This document shows, one piece after another, positions 9,812 through 20,184 of a stretch of DNA of 64,000 bases. Numbering within the stretch: the stretch's first letter is position 1; the number at the start of each line of letters is the position of its first letter. The translations under genes and the position numbers were made by a program. Under the pieces are notes generated by a model. That model was not told the DNA's origin, ran no database searches, and worked only from the letters and a program-made list of their open reading frames with translations. This stretch comes from an uncultured Gemmatimonadales bacterium (GTDB taxonomy: Bacteria; Gemmatimonadota; Gemmatimonadetes; Gemmatimonadales; GWC2-71-9), in NCBI GenBank assembly GCA_963842945.1, contig CAWJIM010000019.1, positions 640,001-704,000 on the forward strand, read 5' to 3'.

Positions 9812-11665
9812 CTACGGCTTCGCGCCGAGCGTCAGGGTTCGGCTTACTACGGTGCCGGGGACCTTGGCGGACAGCTCAGGTCGTTGCGATTTCGGGCCGA
9901 GCGTCCATCGAACGCTGGTGTGACCGTCCACATCGCTCAGACCGCGCGTGGGGGTGACGGTACCGCTGCTGGCCTTGAACAACACCGTCTGTCCGGCGAT
10001 GGGATTCCCGTAGCTGTCCGTCACCTGCACCACGAGTGGTTTGGGGAGCGCGCGTCCCGCCTTCCCGCCCACGGGCGGGTCCACGAACGCGAGCTTCACC
10101 GCCTTGCCGGGCCTCGCAACCGCCGTAATCTCCGTCTCGGCGGTGTCGCCCTGCAGTCGCGCCGTCAGCCGCTGCAGGCCGGCGGTCCGGCCCAGGGTCC
10201 AGACGACCTTGGCCCGTCCGGTGGAGTCGGTAGAGAGCTCGTTGTCCGCGGGCCGTCCGGCGGCAGGGAGCAGCCGCAGAACCGCACCCGCTACGGGATT
10301 CCCGTGTCGGTCGATCGCGCGCAGGACGATCGCTTGCGGGAGCGGCTGACCGACGGAGCCCGTCTGCCGATCGCCGGAGACGGGGCGTACCGCCGCGGCT
10401 GGTCCCGGCTCGGCGGCGGCCATCAGGCCGACCGGCGGCATCGTGCGCGCGTTGCCCACCTGCACTCTCGCTCGCTGACGGCCCGCCTTCGTCCCCAGCT
10501 TCCAGGTCGCGCGGGCCTCGCCCAGTGAGTCGGTGCGCATGGCCTGCCCGGTGATTGACTCCGCCGTCGAGCGCGCTCCACCCCACCGGCAGATCGGCCA
10601 GCGCGCGGCCAAGCGAGTCGGTGACCCGCACGACGATCGGCTCACGGCAGCGTATCGCCCACCCGGCCGGCCAGGTCGGAGCTCGCGATCTCCACCCGCG
10701 CGTTGCCCGGCAGGGGGTCCGCCTCGGCGCTCACCGTCGGTGACGCGCTCACGCCCTCGACGGCGATGGACAGCTGTTGCCGTCCGGGCAGCTCGCCCAG
10801 CCGCCACACCGTCTTCACGATCCCGCGCGCATCCGAGGTATCGAACGCCGGCTCGCGCCGACGCGCCGGACGCGGCGGGGTGGAAGCCTGCCACGACGCC
10901 CGCGATGGGCCGCCCGCTGCGGGAGACGATCTGCGCGGTCACCGGCACCGAAAGCTCGGCGCCCGCCGGTCCACGCTGTCCGTCGCCACCAAGCACGGTG
11001 ATGGAGCCGGCCACCGGCGTCACCTCCAGCGGCAGCGACGCCTGCAGCTGACCCGCCATAGCCAGGAACAACGTTCTGCCGGCACTGACCCCAACGGCGT
11101 CGGCACTCTCGACCTTGGCGACTGCCGGGTCCGGTGCCGACCAGGTCACATCCGCGCCGACGATCGGATTGCCCCGCGCGTCCAGCACCCGGGCGCTGAG
11201 CGGACGGCGATCGCCCTCGGGCACCTGAAGCAGGGTGTCGTCCACCTGAAGCGAGGCGGGTCGCTGCAGCACCACGATGTGGGCGCGGGTCTCTACGTTT
11301 CCGACCCGCACCATGATCGCGGTGGCCCCCGCGCCACGGATCGCCACGGTACCCGCCGGACTCACTTCGGCAATGGAGGGATCTCCGCTGGTCCAGGTCG
11401 GAGCGACCCCGGCGAGCACGGTGCCGCCGGAGTCGGTGATCACGGCCGCGAGCTGGATCGTGTCGCCCACGGCGGCGGCGGTGTCCAACGCGGGCGCGAC
11501 GGTCACCGAGTGTGCCCGGGAGGCGGCCGAAGGCATGCCCGGGACCGCGATCCCCGCCGAGCTGGTGTAGCTCAGGATCGAGACCAGCGCGGCTCCGCCG
11601 GAGAGCATCGCAGCGACCCCCTGCGCGACGCCCGTGGTCCAGCGCTGCTGCTTCGGCTTGCCCAA
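9812..11665 (-). CDS. Membrane-anchored Ig-like (Big_2/invasin-type) repeat protein (frameshifts near 10850-10555)
   Basis: N-terminal TM; repeated WTSGDPSIAEV, DxxGNPIxG, TDSxGxAxxxWTLG motifs. Confidence 0.75.
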   Translation of the reverse strand: MGKPKQQRWTTGVAQGVAAMLSGGAALVSILSYTSSAGIAVPGMPSAASRAHSVTVAPALDTAAAVGDTIQLAAVITDSGGTVLAGVAPTWTSGDPSIAEVSPAGTVAIRGAGATAIMVRVGNVETRAHIVVLQRPASLQVDDTLLQVPEGDRRPLSARVLDARGNPIVGADVTWSAPDPAVAKVESADAVGVSAGRTLFLAMAGQLQASLPLEVTPVAGSITVLGGDGQRGPAGAELSVPVTAQIVSRSGRPIAGVVAGFHPAASGASARAGVRYLGCARDREDGVAAGRAARTATAVHRRRGRERVTDGERRGGPPAGQRAGGDRELRPGRPGGRYAAVSRSSCGSPTRLAARWPICRWGGARSTAESITGQAMRTDSLGEARATWKLGTKAGRQRARVQVGNARTMPPVGLMAAAEPGPAAAVRPVSGDRQTGSVGQPLPQAIVLRAIDRHGNPVAGAVLRLLPAAGRPADNELSTDSTGRAKVVWTLGRTAGLQRLTARLQGDTAETEITAVARPGKAVKLAFVDPPVGGKAGRALPKPLVVQVTDSYGNPIAGQTVLFKASSGTVTPTRGLSDVDGHTSVRWTLGPKSQRPELSAKVPGTVVSRTLTLGAKP

Positions 11666-11843
11666 CGCGTGCGATCCCAGAGTGCACCCCTGAGGCTCGA
11701 TGTCGCCGACGGCCGGCTGGTTGTGAGGGACGGATCAAGGTTGGGAAGGAGCTTCCTGCGACACAATCCGCAGGAAGCGCACAGTGTCGACTTTCGCGGC
11801 AACGTCCGACGTCGCGGCACTGCAAGGTGTGGCAAGACGACTG

Positions 11844-13499
11844 CTACATCGCGCGGTACTTGGGCCCGCTGCCCCCCTCTCGCGGCGTCCAGCGCGGTCC
11901 GAGCACGTCGGTCGCCTTGCAGTCGATGCAATTCGGCGCATTGACCCGGAGCTCGTCGCCCACGCGCTCGTAGACGCCCGCGGGGCACACGTGGGAGTAG
12001 AGCTCGGCGACCTCCGCGCTCACATCCGGCCCGACCAGCAGGTGCGAGGGGATGGTGTCGCGCGTCGCGTTCCCCGACTTGAACACGGCGTCCAGCTTGC
12101 CGAACGTCAGCTTCCCGTCCGGCGTGAACGGCTCGGCCTCGGTGACCCGCCGCGGAGTGGCGGCATCCTCGGGCATCTCCATGCGCCCGCCGAAGAGCCG
12201 CCCGCCGCTGATCGTCATGAGCCCGGCCTTGAATCCGCCGACGTAGAGCCCGTCCTTGAACGCGAGTCGCATGTTCCGCGTCCGGTACATGTCGGCCACG
12301 ATGTAGCTCTCGTCCACCAGGCGGTCGTACGCCGAGAGCCGGGCGGCGGAGAGGTCGCCTTGCTTGAGCCCGGCGAACGCGGCGCGCGCGGCGTAGATCC
12401 CCGACTGCATGGCGTAGTGGATGCCCTTGAGCGAGGGGACGTCCACGAGCCCGACCGCGTCGCCCACCAGCAGGATGCCGTCGCCGCTCCGGCGCTCGAG
12501 CAGCGCATGGTACCCCCCCTCGGGGATCGTCTTGGCACCCCACTCCAGCAGCTCGCCCCCCTCCAGATAGGGCCGGAAAAGCGGGTGCAGCTTCATTCGC
12601 TGGAGCAGCTCGTGCACGTCGAGCGACGCGTCGTGATAGTCGAGCCCGACCACCAGGCCGAGGGCGATCTGTCCCGGCCCCAGCGGGTACATGAAGCTGC
12701 CGCCGAACGCGTCGTCGGGCAGCGGCCACCCGAGGGTGTGGATCACTGCGTTGAGCGGCTTCGGGGTCTGCCAGACCTCCTTCACGCCGAGCGCGAAGAT
12801 CTGCGGATTGGGCGAGCGGACTTGCTGCCACTCGCACCAGCCCTGGCTCAGCAGCCCCCGCGTTCCCTCGGCGATCACCGTCACCTTGGCGGTGACATCG
12901 GTCGGCTCGCCATAATCGGCCGTCGGCTGGCGATCGCGGTCGAGACCGGACGGGGTGGTGCGGACGCCGCGCACCGCGTCGCCCTCCACCAGCAGCGCGT
13001 CCACCGGAAACCCGGCGAACAGGTTGACGCCCGCCTGCTCCGCCCGCTCGCCCATCCAACGCACGATCTCGCAGATGGATGCCGTGTAGAATCCGGCGTT
13101 GTGCATGGTGGGCGGGGTGGGAATGCGCTGAGCGCGGCCCTCGGTCATGAAGTACACCGCTTCGCCCGCGACGGGCTGGCGGAAGGGGATGTCGCTGGAG
13201 TTGAGGTCGGGAAAGAGCTCGTGGAAGGCGCGCGGGTTCACCACGGCGCCGGAGAGATTGTGCTCGCCCAGCGCACCCGCCTTTTCCAGCACGGCGATGT
13301 TGAGCTCGCCGAGACCGCCGCCCGACTCCGCGTCCTGCTTCGCCAGCCGGGTCAGCTCGATGGCGCAGGCCAGCCCGGCGGGCCCTGCCCCGACGATCAC
13401 GACATCCATCTCGATCGCCTCGGCGCCCGGCGGATCGCGGCGGATGATCTGATCGAGCGGCAGCGGACGCTGGTGTCGGGCGGGGACGATGGTGGACAC
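11844..13499 (-). CDS. Electron transfer flavoprotein-ubiquinone oxidoreductase
   Basis: DVVIVGAGPAGL, GAKTIPEGG, C-terminal 4Fe-4S CPAGVYE...NCIDCKA; GTG start with AGGAG RBS. Confidence 0.92.
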   Translation of the reverse strand: MSTIVPARHQRPLPLDQIIRRDPPGAEAIEMDVVIVGAGPAGLACAIELTRLAKQDAESGGGLGELNIAVLEKAGALGEHNLSGAVVNPRAFHELFPDLNSSDIPFRQPVAGEAVYFMTEGRAQRIPTPPTMHNAGFYTASICEIVRWMGERAEQAGVNLFAGFPVDALLVEGDAVRGVRTTPSGLDRDRQPTADYGEPTDVTAKVTVIAEGTRGLLSQGWCEWQQVRSPNPQIFALGVKEVWQTPKPLNAVIHTLGWPLPDDAFGGSFMYPLGPGQIALGLVVGLDYHDASLDVHELLQRMKLHPLFRPYLEGGELLEWGAKTIPEGGYHALLERRSGDGILLVGDAVGLVDVPSLKGIHYAMQSGIYAARAAFAGLKQGDLSAARLSAYDRLVDESYIVADMYRTRNMRLAFKDGLYVGGFKAGLMTISGGRLFGGRMEMPEDAATPRRVTEAEPFTPDGKLTFGKLDAVFKSGNATRDTIPSHLLVGPDVSAEVAELYSHVCPAGVYERVGDELRVNAPNCIDCKATDVLGPRWTPREGGSGPKYRAM

Positions 13500-13580
13500 G
13501 TCGGACAACTCCTGGGGAAGGGGTCGGACGTCGAGGCGGCGGAAATATAACCCGCCCATCCGAGGGGCTAAGTTGGTGGC

Positions 13581-14051
13581 ATGGACCTGCACAAGGCGAC
13601 GCGGGACCCCTGGGTCTGGGGACAGCTGGCGCTGTTCGCGCTGGTCGGCCTGGGCGCGCCGCTGCTGCCCCGGTACGCCGGTCTTGGGGAGGCAGGCCCG
13701 AGTCGCATCAGGTGGTTGGGCGCGCCACTGATCGCGGGCGGTCTCGCGCTCGCCATCTGGGGAGTGCGGTCCCTCGGCCGGAGCCTGACGCCCGGCACCG
13801 AGCCGCTGCCGGGAGCGCCGCTGGTCACCTCGGGTGCATACGCCCACGTCAGACACCCGATCTATGCGGGGATCGTGCTCGGACTGACTGGCTACACGCT
13901 GGCGTGGAGCAACTGGACACTGGCGCTGCTGGTGGGGCTGCTGGCGGGGGCCTACTTCAACGGCAAGGCGAAGGCGGAGGAGCGCTGGCTGGTGCGGCGC
14001 TATCCAACGTATGAAGCGTACATGCGGCAGGTGCCGCGGCGAGTGCTGTAG
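13581..14051 (+). CDS. Isoprenylcysteine carboxyl methyltransferase/PEMT family membrane protein
   Basis: LVTSGAYAHVRHPIY, AEERWL, YEAYMRQVPR. Confidence 0.85.
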   Translation: MDLHKATRDPWVWGQLALFALVGLGAPLLPRYAGLGEAGPSRIRWLGAPLIAGGLALAIWGVRSLGRSLTPGTEPLPGAPLVTSGAYAHVRHPIYAGIVLGLTGYTLAWSNWTLALLVGLLAGAYFNGKAKAEERWLVRRYPTYEAYMRQVPRRVL

Positions 14052-14054
14052 CCG

Positions 14055-14480
14055 CTAGCCGGGATCGAGGCAGGTGGAGCTCGCCTCCACCACCTTCGGC
14101 GCCGTTCCGGAGGTTACGAACCGGAGCACGATCGGCTCCTCCTCGCAGGTCCGCCCGCCTGGGTATGGGTAGACGAACACCTCCGTCGTATCTCCCCGCC
14201 GCTCACCAGTCCAGGCCTCGATCCGTCCCTTCCAGTTTGTGAGCAGGTCCGGATGACGGCGAGCCGCCGCGAGGGCCCAGCGCACTGGCGACTCGGAGGT
14301 CGAGAGCCGCGTCAGGGTGGCCGAGTCCTGGCGCATGGCCGCTCGGATGTACCGCCGCGCCGGCTCGGTGTACACCGTCCCCGGCCAATCCGCCGAGTAC
14401 GGCTGGAGGACGACCAGCGCAGTGAGAAGAATTCCCAGGAAGACCAGGGTTCCGTAAATCGGCTGCCTGTCGTTCGCCAT
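14055..14480 (-). CDS. Hypothetical membrane-anchored protein
   Basis: ATG with GGAGG RBS; N-terminal TM; two C-terminal Cys. Confidence 0.6.
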   Translation of the reverse strand: MANDRQPIYGTLVFLGILLTALVVLQPYSADWPGTVYTEPARRYIRAAMRQDSATLTRLSTSESPVRWALAAARRHPDLLTNWKGRIEAWTGERRGDTTEVFVYPYPGGRTCEEEPIVLRFVTSGTAPKVVEASSTCLDPG

Positions 14481-14541
14481 ACGACCTCCTGGTCCATCTA
14501 CGATGTCATATTGCAGGGTCGCTGTCCAGCCAGGAGCCACC

Positions 14542-16980
14542 ATGTTGCGCGATCTCCGCCACGCCCTGCGAACCCTCGGCCGAGCGCCGGGATACACCAT
14601 CGCCGTCACTCTCACGCTCGCGCTCGGCATCGGGGGCACGACCGCCGTGTACAGCGTGCTGCGCTCAGTCATCCTGCGGCCCTTCACCATGGGCACCCGC
14701 GGACCGGGTCATGATGATCGCCGAGCAGGATTCGGCCGCCAATGTGAGGCCCGCGTCATACCCCACCTTCCAGGACTGGCGAACGGGGACGAACGCGTTC
14801 GCGGCACTCGCCTTCGTGCGCGGCCAGGGCGCGGTGCTGAAGACGGGCGAGACCGCCGAGCGGCTGGTGGGGGCATTCGTCACCGACGAGTACTTCCGCG
14901 TACTCCCCGAGTCCGCGGCCCTGGGCCGCACGCTGGGGCCCTCGGACTTCGCGCCGGGCGCCCCAGCCGTGGCGGCCATCTCGTGGCCGCTCTGGCAGCG
15001 CGGGTTCGGCGGCGACCGGTCGGTCGTCGGCAGGAGCGTCACCCTGGGCGAGCAGAGCTATCACCATCGTGGGCGTCATGCCTCAGAGTTTCGTGTACCC
15101 GGTCTGGGCCGATCTCTGGGCGCCGATCACCGCCATTCTCTCCACCAGCCCCGCCCTCCAACAGCGGGGTCTGCATACCGACAGCCGTGTCGTGGGCCGT
15201 CTCCGTGTCGGACGTCGACTCGGCAGCCGGTGTGCAGGCGCTCTCCGCGGTGGCCGCGCACCTGGCCGAGACGTATCCGGCGGAGAACGGCGGCTGGGGC
15301 CGTGTGGCGTTTCTTCCGGTAGCGGCGGAGATCCTGGGCGGCACGGGGCCGCAGCTGCGCCTGCTCACGGCGGCCGCGATCTTCGTCCTGCTCATCGCCT
15401 GCGTCAACGTCGCCGCCCTCGCGCTGGCCCGGGCCGGGACCCGCTCGCGCGAGCTGGCCATCCGCACGGCGCTGGGCGGGGGCCGAGCCGCGCTGCTTCG
15501 GCTGCTCGCCGCGGAATGTGTCGTTCTCGGGGTCGCGGCCGGCACGCTTGGGCTCGTCGCCGCGGTGCTGCTGGTAGGCTGGCTCCGTGTCGGCGGCAGG
15601 GACCTGCTGCCCCGCGCCGGCGAGCTCGCAGTCGATCCCTGGGCGATGGTCACGGCCGCCGCGCTGTCGGTCGCGCTCGTCGTCGTGCTGGGCGTGGTGC
15701 CGGCGCTCCGTTCTTCTTCCCTTGTCGGCTCGCTCCGCCAAGGCCTCGGCGCGGGAGCCGGGCTCTCGCGTCGCCGGCTGCGCGCGGCGCTCGTCGTGGG
15801 CGAGATCGCGCTGGCGCTGGTCCTGCTCACGGGCGCCGGGCTGCTGTTGCGCAGCCTCGAGCGGCTTCAGCGTGTGCCCACCGGCTTCGACGAGGGGCGC
15901 CTGCTGGCCGTTCCGATCATGCCGCCCTCGTCCCGATACGAGAGCCCGGAGCGGGCGCTGCAGCTCTACCGGGACGTCGCCACGGCCGTGGCGGCCGTGC
16001 CCGGTGTCGAGGCGGTTGCGATGACGAACCACGTCCCGCTCAGTGGCGCCTCGATCAACACGCCGCTCGAGGTAGAAGGCGCCCCCGCTCGCGAGACCGA
16101 CGAGGCGCTCTTTCGGGTGGTAGATACCGCCTACTTCCGGACGGCCGGCATCCCGGTGGTGCGTGGGCGCGAATTCGCCGCCGAGGATCTGATCCACCCG
16201 GGTGCCGCGGCGCTGGTGAACCAGGCGCTCGCCGACCGCTACTGGCCGGGCGGGGACGCGCTCGGCAAGCGGATCACCGTGCGCAAGTCCGCCCAGGGGC
16301 GGCCGGAGTTCGGCGAGCCGGTGCACGCCACGATCGTGGGCGTGGTGGGCAACGTCCGGCACTACTCCCTCGACACGGACTTCGTCCCCGAGGTGTACCT
16401 GCCCTACACCGTCACGGTCTGGGGCTGGATGTCACTCGTCGTCCGCACTGTCGGGGACCCTGCGGCGCTGGTGCCCGCGGTGACCCGGGCCGCCCGATCG
16501 GTGGAGCCCGACCTGCCGCTGGAGGGCGCGACCTTCAGCAACCGGGTGTACGACCTGCCGACTTCGCTTCAGCAGTCGCTGGCCTATCGGCGTTTCATCA
16601 CCGGACTCCTCGGCGCCTTCGCGCTTCCGGCGGTGGTGCTGGCGGCGCTCGGGATCTTCGGGGTCGTCGCCTATCTGGTCACTCAGAGGAGCCGTGAGAT
16701 CGGGATTCGGATGGCGCTTGGCGCCCAGCGGGGAAACGTGCTGGCGCTGGTGCTCGCGGAAGCGATGCGGCTGACAGGGGTCGGGATCCTGCTCGGCACC
16801 CTGGGCGCGATCGCCACCACGCGGTGGCTCAGCTCCGAGCTGTACGAGATCAGCGCCACCGATCCACTCACGTTCGTGCTGGCGGCACTCACCCTGGCCG
16901 GGGTCAGCCTCTGCGCCACAGCGATTCCCGCGCGGCGGGCCACGGCGATCGACCCGGCTCGCACGCTCCAGTCCGAATAA
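14542..16980 (+). CDS. ADOP-type duplicated ABC permease (MacB-PCD/FtsX x2; frameshifts)
   Basis: LRDLRHALRTL, LALGIGGTTAVYSV, RELAIRTALG, QRSREIGIRMALGA. Confidence 0.88.
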   Translation: MLRDLRHALRTLGRAPGYTIAVTLTLALGIGGTTAVYSVLRSVILRPFTMGTRGPGHDDRRAGFGRQCEARVIPHLPGLANGDERVRGTRLRARPGRGAEDGRDRRAAGGGIRHRRVLPRTPRVRGPGPHAGALGLRAGRPSRGGHLVAALAARVRRRPVGRRQERHPGRAELSPSWASCLRVSCTRSGPISGRRSPPFSPPAPPSNSGVCIPTAVSWAVSVSDVDSAAGVQALSAVAAHLAETYPAENGGWGRVAFLPVAAEILGGTGPQLRLLTAAAIFVLLIACVNVAALALARAGTRSRELAIRTALGGGRAALLRLLAAECVVLGVAAGTLGLVAAVLLVGWLRVGGRDLLPRAGELAVDPWAMVTAAALSVALVVVLGVVPALRSSSLVGSLRQGLGAGAGLSRRRLRAALVVGEIALALVLLTGAGLLLRSLERLQRVPTGFDEGRLLAVPIMPPSSRYESPERALQLYRDVATAVAAVPGVEAVAMTNHVPLSGASINTPLEVEGAPARETDEALFRVVDTAYFRTAGIPVVRGREFAAEDLIHPGAAALVNQALADRYWPGGDALGKRITVRKSAQGRPEFGEPVHATIVGVVGNVRHYSLDTDFVPEVYLPYTVTVWGWMSLVVRTVGDPAALVPAVTRAARSVEPDLPLEGATFSNRVYDLPTSLQQSLAYRRFITGLLGAFALPAVVLAALGIFGVVAYLVTQRSREIGIRMALGAQRGNVLALVLAEAMRLTGVGILLGTLGAIATTRWLSSELYEISATDPLTFVLAALTLAGVSLCATAIPARRATAIDPARTLQSE

Positions 16981-16991
16981 CCGATATCGCG

Positions 16992-18272
16992 ATGCCTTTG
17001 CCACCCCCGATTCCCGGCTTCCGCCCCGTCCCGTTCACCGGCGTCATCTTCGTCATGGCCGAGGCCGGGCGTCTCGGCTACCGCTACGGCCATCCCGACT
17101 GGTGCAACCTCGGCCAAGGGCAGCCGGAGACCGGCCCGCTGCCGGGCGCACCACCCCGGGTCCACCAGATCGAGATCGGGGTCGACGACCAGGACTACGC
17201 TCCGGTACCGGGGATCTGGGAGCTGCGGCGCGCGGTGGCGGAGCTGTACAACCGGCTCTATCGCGGCGGGAAAGGCTCCCGCTACACCGAGCGCAACGTC
17301 TGCATCTGCGGCGGCGGGCGCTCGTCGCTCACCCGCGCCGTCGCCGCCCTCGGGCAGGTGAACCTCGGTCATTTTCTCCCCGACTACACCGCGTACGAAG
17401 AGCTGCTCGACATCTTCAAGCTGTTCACCTCGATCCCCATCCTGCTCGACGGCCGGGAGGGCTATCACTTCAGCCCCGAGCACCTCCGCGAGGAGATTAC
17501 CGGACGCGGACTCTCGGCGGTGCTGCTGTCGAACCCCTGCAACCCCACGGGGCGCGTGATCGCCGATGCGGAGCTCCGCGGATGGGTCGAGGTCGCGCGC
17601 GAGCTCGGCTGCTCGCTGCTGGTGGACGAGTTCTACTCGCACTACGTCTGGCGGGAGACGGAGGATGGCGACGGGCTGGTTTCGGCAGCGCGGTACGTGG
17701 ACGACGTGGATGCCGACCCGGTCGTGCTCTTCGACGGCCTGACCAAGAACTGGCGCTACCCCGGCTGGCGCTGCAGCTGGATCGTGGGGCCGCAGCAGGT
17801 CATCGAGGCGGTGTCCAGCAGCGGCTCGTTCCTCGACGGCGGTGGCAGCAAGCCGCTGCAGCGCTCCGCGGTTCAGCTGCTGGAGCCGACGGTGGTCGAG
17901 GCGGAGACCCAGGCCATCCGGGAGTCGTTCCTGCGGAAGCGGGCGCTCATGGGCCAGGCGCTGCGGGAGGCGGGGGTACGGTTCGACCTGGAGCCCGAGG
18001 GGACGTTCTACTGGTGGGGCGACGTCTCCGGTTTGCCGCCGGCGATCAACGACGGGATGTCGTTCTTCCGGGCGGCGCTCGAGCGGAAGGTGATTTGCGT
18101 TCCGGGCGAGTTCTTCGACGTGAATCCGGGCAAGCGGCGCAGCGGCCGGCCGTCACGCTTCCGCCACTACGTGCGGTTCTCGTTCGGGCCCGATGAGGCG
18201 ACCGTGGTGGAAGGCGTGCGGAGAATTCGGGAGATGGTCGCGGAGCTCCCGAGCCTGTCATCCCGAGCGTAG
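16992..18272 (+). CDS. PLP-dependent aminotransferase class I/II
   Basis: NLGQGQP, SNPCNPTG, DEFY, GLTKNWRYPGWR; stop codon lies inside a REP arm. Confidence 0.88.
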   Translation: MPLPPPIPGFRPVPFTGVIFVMAEAGRLGYRYGHPDWCNLGQGQPETGPLPGAPPRVHQIEIGVDDQDYAPVPGIWELRRAVAELYNRLYRGGKGSRYTERNVCICGGGRSSLTRAVAALGQVNLGHFLPDYTAYEELLDIFKLFTSIPILLDGREGYHFSPEHLREEITGRGLSAVLLSNPCNPTGRVIADAELRGWVEVARELGCSLLVDEFYSHYVWRETEDGDGLVSAARYVDDVDADPVVLFDGLTKNWRYPGWRCSWIVGPQQVIEAVSSSGSFLDGGGSKPLQRSAVQLLEPTVVEAETQAIRESFLRKRALMGQALREAGVRFDLEPEGTFYWWGDVSGLPPAINDGMSFFRAALERKVICVPGEFFDVNPGKRRSGRPSRFRHYVRFSFGPDEATVVEGVRRIREMVAELPSLSSRA

Positions 18273-18339
18273 CGAGGGATCTTCTCACCCGGTCTTCGAG
18301 GATCGCCGAGAAGATCCCTCGCTGCGCTCGGGATGACAG
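18255..18339. repeat. REP-like doublet (REPIN-like), 32-bp inverted arms with 21-bp spacer
   Basis: CTGTCATCCCGAGCGTAGCGAGGGATCTTCTC ... GAGAAGATCCCTCGCTGCGCTCGGGATGACAG, one mismatch; between convergent genes. Confidence 0.92.
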
Positions 18340-18348
18340 CTAGCGCCG

Positions 18349-19338
18349 CTAATGCCCGCTACGCGCCTTGCGGACCTCTTCGGTCAACCGCGGCACGATC
18401 TCGAACAGGTCACCCACGATCCCGTAGTCCGCGATCTTGAAGATGGGCGCGTCCTTGTCCTTGTTGATCGCGACGATGGTCTTCGACGTGCGCATCCCGG
18501 CCAGGTGCTGGATGGCGCCTGAGATGCCGAGCGCCACGTAGAGATCGGGGCTGACGTTGCGCCCGGTCTGCCCGATCTGATCCGTTGCGGGCCGCCAGCC
18601 GTCGTCGGTGACGGCGCGGGTCGCGCCGACCGCGGCGTTGCCGAACGCGTCGGCCAGCTCTTCCACCAGCTTGAAGTTCTCCGCTGCGCGGAGGCCGCGG
18701 CCGCCGCTCACGATGACCGGCGCCTCACCCAGGTCGAGCCGCGCGCCCGTGCGCTGCGTCGTCTCCGTAACCGACACGCGCGCCGAGGCGGGATCGATGG
18801 CCGGCTTCGCCTGCTCCACCCTCGGCGTGCGCGGCTGCTCCGCGGGGGTGATGGCCCCTGGGCGCAGCGACACCAGCGCCGGCGAGCCCGCGAGCCGCAA
18901 CGTGAGAATCACCTTGCCGGTGTATCCGGGATGCCGGGCGAGCACCGCGTCACCCTGCAGCTCGAAATCGGTGACATCGGACGCCAGGCTCACGCCCAGC
19001 GCCGCCGCGGTGCGCGGGGCCAGGTCGCGGCCCTGGGCCGAGGCCGGGAAGAACGCCGCGCGATAGTCCCCCGCGCGCAGCCGCTCCGCCGCTGTCGCCG
19101 CGAACGCCTCCGGGTTGTACCGCGCGAGCCCCTCGTGCTCCACCACGAAGACCACGTCGGCACCGTAGCGGCCGAGCTCCTCGGCCCTGGCGGCGATCCC
19201 CGGCGCGCCCAGCAGGAGGGCATGCGCCTCGCCTCCTCCCGTGGCGTCGGCCGCGCGGCGCGCGGCGGTCACCGCTTCGAACGCCACCTTGCGGAGATTG
19301 CCGTCCCGCGACTCGGCGAAGGCAAAGGTCGTCGCCAT
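18349..19338 (-). CDS. etfA: Electron transfer flavoprotein alpha subunit
   Basis: [34 protein letters not shown]. Confidence 0.95.
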   Translation of the reverse strand: MATTFAFAESRDGNLRKVAFEAVTAARRAADATGGGEAHALLLGAPGIAARAEELGRYGADVVFVVEHEGLARYNPEAFAATAAERLRAGDYRAAFFPASAQGRDLAPRTAAALGVSLASDVTDFELQGDAVLARHPGYTGKVILTLRLAGSPALVSLRPGAITPAEQPRTPRVEQAKPAIDPASARVSVTETTQRTGARLDLGEAPVIVSGGRGLRAAENFKLVEELADAFGNAAVGATRAVTDDGWRPATDQIGQTGRNVSPDLYVALGISGAIQHLAGMRTSKTIVAINKDKDAPIFKIADYGIVGDLFEIVPRLTEEVRKARSGH

Positions 19339-20090
19339 CAGAGCACCTTCGCTTCCGTGCGGAGCAGCCGCACCAGCTCGGGCACGGCGTCCGCCCCCTC
19401 GCCCACGATCCGACCTCCGCTGCGCTCCGGCGGCAGGGCCATGGACTCGACGGTCAGTCGCACCTCTCCGAGCTGCGCCGGCCGCACGTCGAGCGGCTTC
19501 TTCTTGGCCGCCATGATGCCCTTGAGCGTGGCCAGGCGCGGGCGCGCAATGCCCTCGTCGATCGTGAGCACGGCAGGGAGAGGAAACGAGACCGTCTCGG
19601 AGGCGCCCTCGAGGTCGCGCCCCGCGGTGCCCCGTCCTTCGCCGAGCTCGAGATGGGAGATGGCGGTGACGGCGGGAAGATCGAGCAGGTGCGCCGTCAT
19701 GGCTCCGACGGTGCCGCTGCCGGTGTCGGTCGCCATCCGGCCGAAGAGAATCAGGTCGTACCCGCCGTCCTTGAGCTCCGCCGCCAGCGCGGCCGCGACG
19801 GCTGACCCGTCGAAGGGCACCTCGTCCGCCTTGAGCTGGACCGCTCGGGTGGCGCCCATGGCGAGCGCCTTTCGGAGGGTCTCCTGCACCCCGTCGGGGC
19901 CGAGGCTGATCGCCACGACCTCACCGCTTCCCGCCTTTTCCACCAGCTGCAGCGCGACTTCGAGGGCGTAGCCGTCGAAGTCACTGATTTCGTACTTGAG
20001 CCCACCCGGATCCAGCGACTTGCGGTCGCCCGCGATGGAGAACCTGAGCTCCATCTCCGGCACCCGCTTGAGACACACCGCGATCTTCAA
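19338..20090 (-). CDS. etfB: Electron transfer flavoprotein beta subunit
   Basis: MKIAVCLKRVP, ALAMGA, LKGIMAAKKKP; TTG start. Confidence 0.93.
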   Translation of the reverse strand: MKIAVCLKRVPEMELRFSIAGDRKSLDPGGLKYEISDFDGYALEVALQLVEKAGSGEVVAISLGPDGVQETLRKALAMGATRAVQLKADEVPFDGSAVAAALAAELKDGGYDLILFGRMATDTGSGTVGAMTAHLLDLPAVTAISHLELGEGRGTAGRDLEGASETVSFPLPAVLTIDEGIARPRLATLKGIMAAKKKPLDVRPAQLGEVRLTVESMALPPERSGGRIVGEGADAVPELVRLLRTEAKVL

Positions 20091-20161
20091 CGCACGCTCC
20101 CGGCCTCGGTTCTTCGGCTGCCCTGCAAACTGGCGGCAAAGCTAGTCGCGGGCCGCTCTCT

Positions 20162-20177
20162 TGTCACCCTGAACGAA
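20162..20177 (+). repeat. Partial REP arm TGTCACCCTGAACGAA, direct repeat of 23642-23657
   Basis: Exact 16-bp identity seen in the sequence. Confidence 0.75.
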
Positions 20178-20184
20178 CAGCCGC

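Noticed and set aside
11830..11846. sigma54-like TGGCAAGACGACTGCT on the plus strand
   Set aside because: It points into the 3' end of the antisense ETF-QO gene, with no plus-strand gene to drive.
11572..13550. Long alternative-frame and antisense ORFs (11784-13550, also 47673-49274, 41257-43242, 57265-58632)
   Set aside because: Shadow ORFs expected in high-GC DNA; low-complexity Arg/Gly/Ala sequence overlapping well-supported genes.
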